Part shown: piece by piece, positions 17,486 through 20,000 of the stretch
Layout: every line of letters begins with the position of its first letter
Numbering within the stretch: position 1 is the stretch's first letter
Origin: an uncultured virus (IMG/VR IMGVR_UViG_3300044627_004988)
Lineage: Duplodnaviria; Heunggongvirae; Uroviricota; Caudoviricetes
DNA: 20,000 nucleotides
Virus record (IMG/VR): IMGVR_UViG_3300044627_004988
Strand: one strand, 5' to 3'
Program-made: the position numbers and the translations under genes
The notes under the pieces: model-generated
Told to the model about the DNA's origin: nothing
What the model saw: only the letters and a program-made list of their open reading frames with translations
Database searches by the model: none

Positions 17486-19465
17486 TTAAACTCCTGGTCC
17501 AGTTAGTATATTAAAACTTATTCTTTTTAGAGCATGAGACGATATTAAATCAATTTCTAAATATATCTTGCCCTTTTCTTTTTTATCCGCAAAGATCTCA
17601 AACCTGTAGTCTCTAACAATAGATGGAGTTGTGTTTTTTAAAACCTTAAACATTCCATTAACTTTTTCTTGTATTGTATCGTACGCAAATTTCCCTATGT
17701 TTGACTCTGCTATTAGTATAATTTCATTTATTATCATAGCGGCCAATCTTACTTGCGGGACGTTTGCAAAGCTAGAGCCATCTTTTGCTAAAGTTTTATC
17801 ATCGGACAAAAGAATTTGGAATGGTATATTTCTTCTAGATCTATTATTTTTTACAAGAGTGTTTACCTTACTGCTGTGCAGTTTTGCCACATGCGCTGCA
17901 TTCAACGGAACTCCAAAAGCAGAGTACGCACCTTTTAAAACTTTTCTATTCAAACCCATATACACTGGCCATTCAGATAACTGCCCAGCAACTGCCGCAG
18001 CTATTGAGTTAGTGTAAGTAAAGGATAATTGAGGATAATTAAAGACTGCCTCTCCATAATATAGTAAGATATATCTTCCAATATCTAGGTTATTACCATC
18101 TATGTCTATTTCTTCTGGCAATGTCCCATTTGAATCTTTTAATATGTTTTTTAAAAAATCGATACTTGAGATAGTGTTAACATCTTCTTCGTTCATCCCT
18201 TTAGACCTAGAGCCAACAATGCCTATTCTTATCGCCGAAGTGTTTCTATAAACGTGATCGCAATGATCTGCTAGCTGTCTAACAAATTTAACTCCATCAT
18301 TCCTTACAAAAGAAACTCCAACTGGAACTATTATATCTATAAAATCTACTTCTCTTGCATTGAGGTATGTTTTTTCTAATCTTTCATAATACTTTTCATA
18401 AAAAGTTAAAGAACTTGGTGTTGAAGAATTAGATATTAAATCAGGTCTTTTTTGGTTTACCATTGATTGATCTTCAATATACTCAGACATCGGAGCAGAT
18501 ATCATTATATAGATATCGCTACATCCTGCTGCTTGGCAATCGAAAACTGCCCTAAGGAGCGGTGAATTTTTGTTCCCACTCATTATATCTATTGCTTCTT
18601 GAAGAGAGTTTATTCTTCTTATTTCGTTAAGGCCTAACAGAGTCGAGTCAGCGTGACCAACTAATAAAACTGAATTTGTTCTACCTGGAACTAAGGTCTT
18701 GTATATCGCATTTACTTGTGTGCTATTAGAAAATATTGTCTGACTAGTTACCAAAGTTGGAGTATTGGATTTTTCCCTAAGAACAAGACCTGTTGAAGAA
18801 AGATTTGTTAAGTCAACGTCTTCTGCTTCTTTATACACCGAAAACTTGTCTGAAGACAAAACAGCACGAACTTGATATATTCCATCTAAAACTGGGTCTA
18901 CATCAGTTATAGTTATTAGCTCTTCCGGTTTTAAGTCATGGGTATTGACTGTTGTTAAAGTTGCAATATTATCTTGTATTTGTTTGCTTTTTATATATAT
19001 TGGTTTTTTTGAATTTACATCTCTTACTTGAAAATATAATTCTCTGACTTCTCTTACGCCATCTATCTTTGCTTCTAAAACAATTGTATATTTACCTGGA
19101 AAAAGTTTCTCTGGTATCGTATATACGAAATTATATACTCCTTTTGATTCTCTTGTTATATAATTTTTTTCCAACTTAGTTTTTAAATCAGGGCTTGTGT
19201 TAAATTGCGTTGTGATAGGTATACCGTAGTCAGGCACTAGCGACTGAGCGTTGTATGAAAAAGTGCCATCGACAATTCCACCGCCGCCATTTTCTCCCCT
19301 TATGACGTTTATTAATATATCACGAGTAGTGGAACCATAGAATGGCGTAGCGGATGTATTCCTTTGTGCCCAGTTGCTATCTATATAGATTGGGTCGTAG
19401 AACTCAGCATCTAGATTAAACAAGAACTTAAAAGTAACTTGTTGACCATTTGTATATAACGACAT
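17486..19465 (-). CDS. Second sheath-family protein with N-terminal Ig-like and beta-barrel accessory domains
   Basis: Likely start is MSLYTNG at 19465, right after the upstream TAA (659 aa). The C-terminal ~390 aa parallels the major sheath (NSPLLRAVFDCQAAGCSDIYIM vs NSDLHRAFIELVASGAERIYM; FANVPQVRL..NIGK vs YTRISTMRI..FVGE). Confidence 0.7.
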   Translation of the reverse strand: MSLYTNGQQVTFKFLFNLDAEFYDPIYIDSNWAQRNTSATPFYGSTTRDILINVIRGENGGGGIVDGTFSYNAQSLVPDYGIPITTQFNTSPDLKTKLEKNYITRESKGVYNFVYTIPEKLFPGKYTIVLEAKIDGVREVRELYFQVRDVNSKKPIYIKSKQIQDNIATLTTVNTHDLKPEELITITDVDPVLDGIYQVRAVLSSDKFSVYKEAEDVDLTNLSSTGLVLREKSNTPTLVTSQTIFSNSTQVNAIYKTLVPGRTNSVLLVGHADSTLLGLNEIRRINSLQEAIDIMSGNKNSPLLRAVFDCQAAGCSDIYIMISAPMSEYIEDQSMVNQKRPDLISNSSTPSSLTFYEKYYERLEKTYLNAREVDFIDIIVPVGVSFVRNDGVKFVRQLADHCDHVYRNTSAIRIGIVGSRSKGMNEEDVNTISSIDFLKNILKDSNGTLPEEIDIDGNNLDIGRYILLYYGEAVFNYPQLSFTYTNSIAAAVAGQLSEWPVYMGLNRKVLKGAYSAFGVPLNAAHVAKLHSSKVNTLVKNNRSRRNIPFQILLSDDKTLAKDGSSFANVPQVRLAAMIINEIILIAESNIGKFAYDTIQEKVNGMFKVLKNTTPSIVRDYRFEIFADKKEKGKIYLEIDLISSHALKRISFNILTGPGV

Positions 19466-19466
19466 A

Positions 19467-19847
19467 TTACACCGGCTTTTCTCTAGTTGCTCCAGCAACC
19501 CAATATTCTATCTTGCCAAATCTACCACGCATAGGTACTGCATAATCTATTAAGTATACCATTTGGCCATCTGGATGATTTTCTATATTTTCATATATAC
19601 GATCACCGGTTCTTGGATTAATGTTTGTTTCAAAATAGTATATCATTTCGACCGCATCCGGCGATGTTCCTTCTGACGATTCTCTTAAAAGGTTAACTAA
19701 ATCTGAGTTTGCTGGGTACATATGTCTAGTCGTTACTCTTTCAAGGGTAGAAGAGTAGTTGAAGTCATTGTCTAATCTTCTTTGGATAAGAACGTCATGA
19801 CCCCATTTTTTTAGTATGTTTCTAAAAGTTCTACTTAAATCAGTCAC
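19467..19847 (-). CDS. Putative head-closure/neck (head-tail joining) protein
   Basis: 126 aa with a GTG start overlapping the upstream gene end. Small beta-rich protein (WGHDVLIQRR..YFETNINPRTGDRIY..GKIEYW) in the neck position. Confidence 0.5.
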   Translation of the reverse strand: MTDLSRTFRNILKKWGHDVLIQRRLDNDFNYSSTLERVTTRHMYPANSDLVNLLRESSEGTSPDAVEMIYYFETNINPRTGDRIYENIENHPDGQMVYLIDYAVPMRGRFGKIEYWVAGATREKPV

Positions 19848-20000
19848 GACTTCTTAGGCCCCTCTTCGGCATTGGGTCGTCAACTACGCTACCCTTTCTG
19901 CCCGGACCATACAGTTCCCTATCTGAAAGATAAATAACAAGACCAGTGTCTGGGTCTATTTGCTTCCCAGAAGTCTTAGTTCCAAGTCCACTAGGAAGAC
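19840..20000 (-). CDS. 3' end of upstream gene (possible head-tail adaptor), incomplete
   Basis: Open frame ...LPSGLGTKTSGKQIDPDTGLVIYLSDRELYGPGRKGSVVDDPMPKRGLRSRD* ending at TGA 19842-19840 and overlapping the next start. Function is guessed from position only. Confidence 0.55.
   Translation of the reverse strand, partial: LPSGLGTKTSGKQIDPDTGLVIYLSDRELYGPGRKGSVVDDPMPKRGLRSRD

Noticed and set aside
305..18017. Numerous plus-strand ORFs of 60-147 aa and short nested minus-strand ORFs (6195-6392, 8925-9137) in the track
   Set aside because: They are antisense or off-frame shadows of long minus-strand genes, with Ser/Leu/Phe-biased composition and no recognisable motifs.
12693..19465. Extracellular contractile injection system or tailocin (two sheaths, three tubes)
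   Set aside because: A head-closure-like gene, tail chaperones, a giant tape-measure-like gene and an RNAP-like cargo fit a large phage better. No eCIS ATPase or effector is visible, although capsid genes are outside the window.
11470..19498. ORF-track starts at 11502, 12648 and 19498
   Set aside because: Downstream starts at 11469 (TTG after GGAGG), 12624 (ATG after AGGAG) and 19465 (ATG just after the upstream stop) have better ribosome-binding or coupling context.
1..20000. CRISPR arrays, tRNAs, introns/inteins, IS elements or tandem DNA repeats
   Set aside because: The window is almost fully coding, with gaps under 100 nt. I saw no repeat-spacer pattern, cloverleaf, homing-endonuclease motif or intein splice motif by eye.
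1..20000. Naming the host or a specific phage family
   Set aside because: GGAGG-type SDs and the GC content indicate a bacterial host but do not identify it; this needs database comparison.

Overview
This window is a single minus-strand, tightly packed late operon from a large contractile-tailed (myovirus-like) bacteriophage of low to moderate GC, using the standard genetic code. In transcription order (right to left) it holds: the end of a probable neck gene, a head-closure-like protein, a sheath paralog with extra N-terminal domains, a tail-completion-like protein, the major sheath, the tail tube, two tube paralogs, two paralogous tail-assembly chaperones, a ~2240-aa protein in the tape-measure position, and a very large protein that runs off the left edge. 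The main finding is that this last protein (4750..<1) carries, read by eye, the motif series of a single-chain two-barrel RNA polymerase of the QDE-1/RDR, YonO, crAss gp66 and P23-45 type: DG, R..KG..K, GGFDFDD, RQP, NIGxYxN and SDAVD. It is therefore a candidate virion-packaged RNAP coupled to the tape-measure gene. Its catalytic loop is non-canonical (DFDD, placed before rather than after RxP). It is also split by a +1 frame break at ~1913-1953 that the ORF track hides. All assignments rest on motif recognition and gene order; no database search was run.
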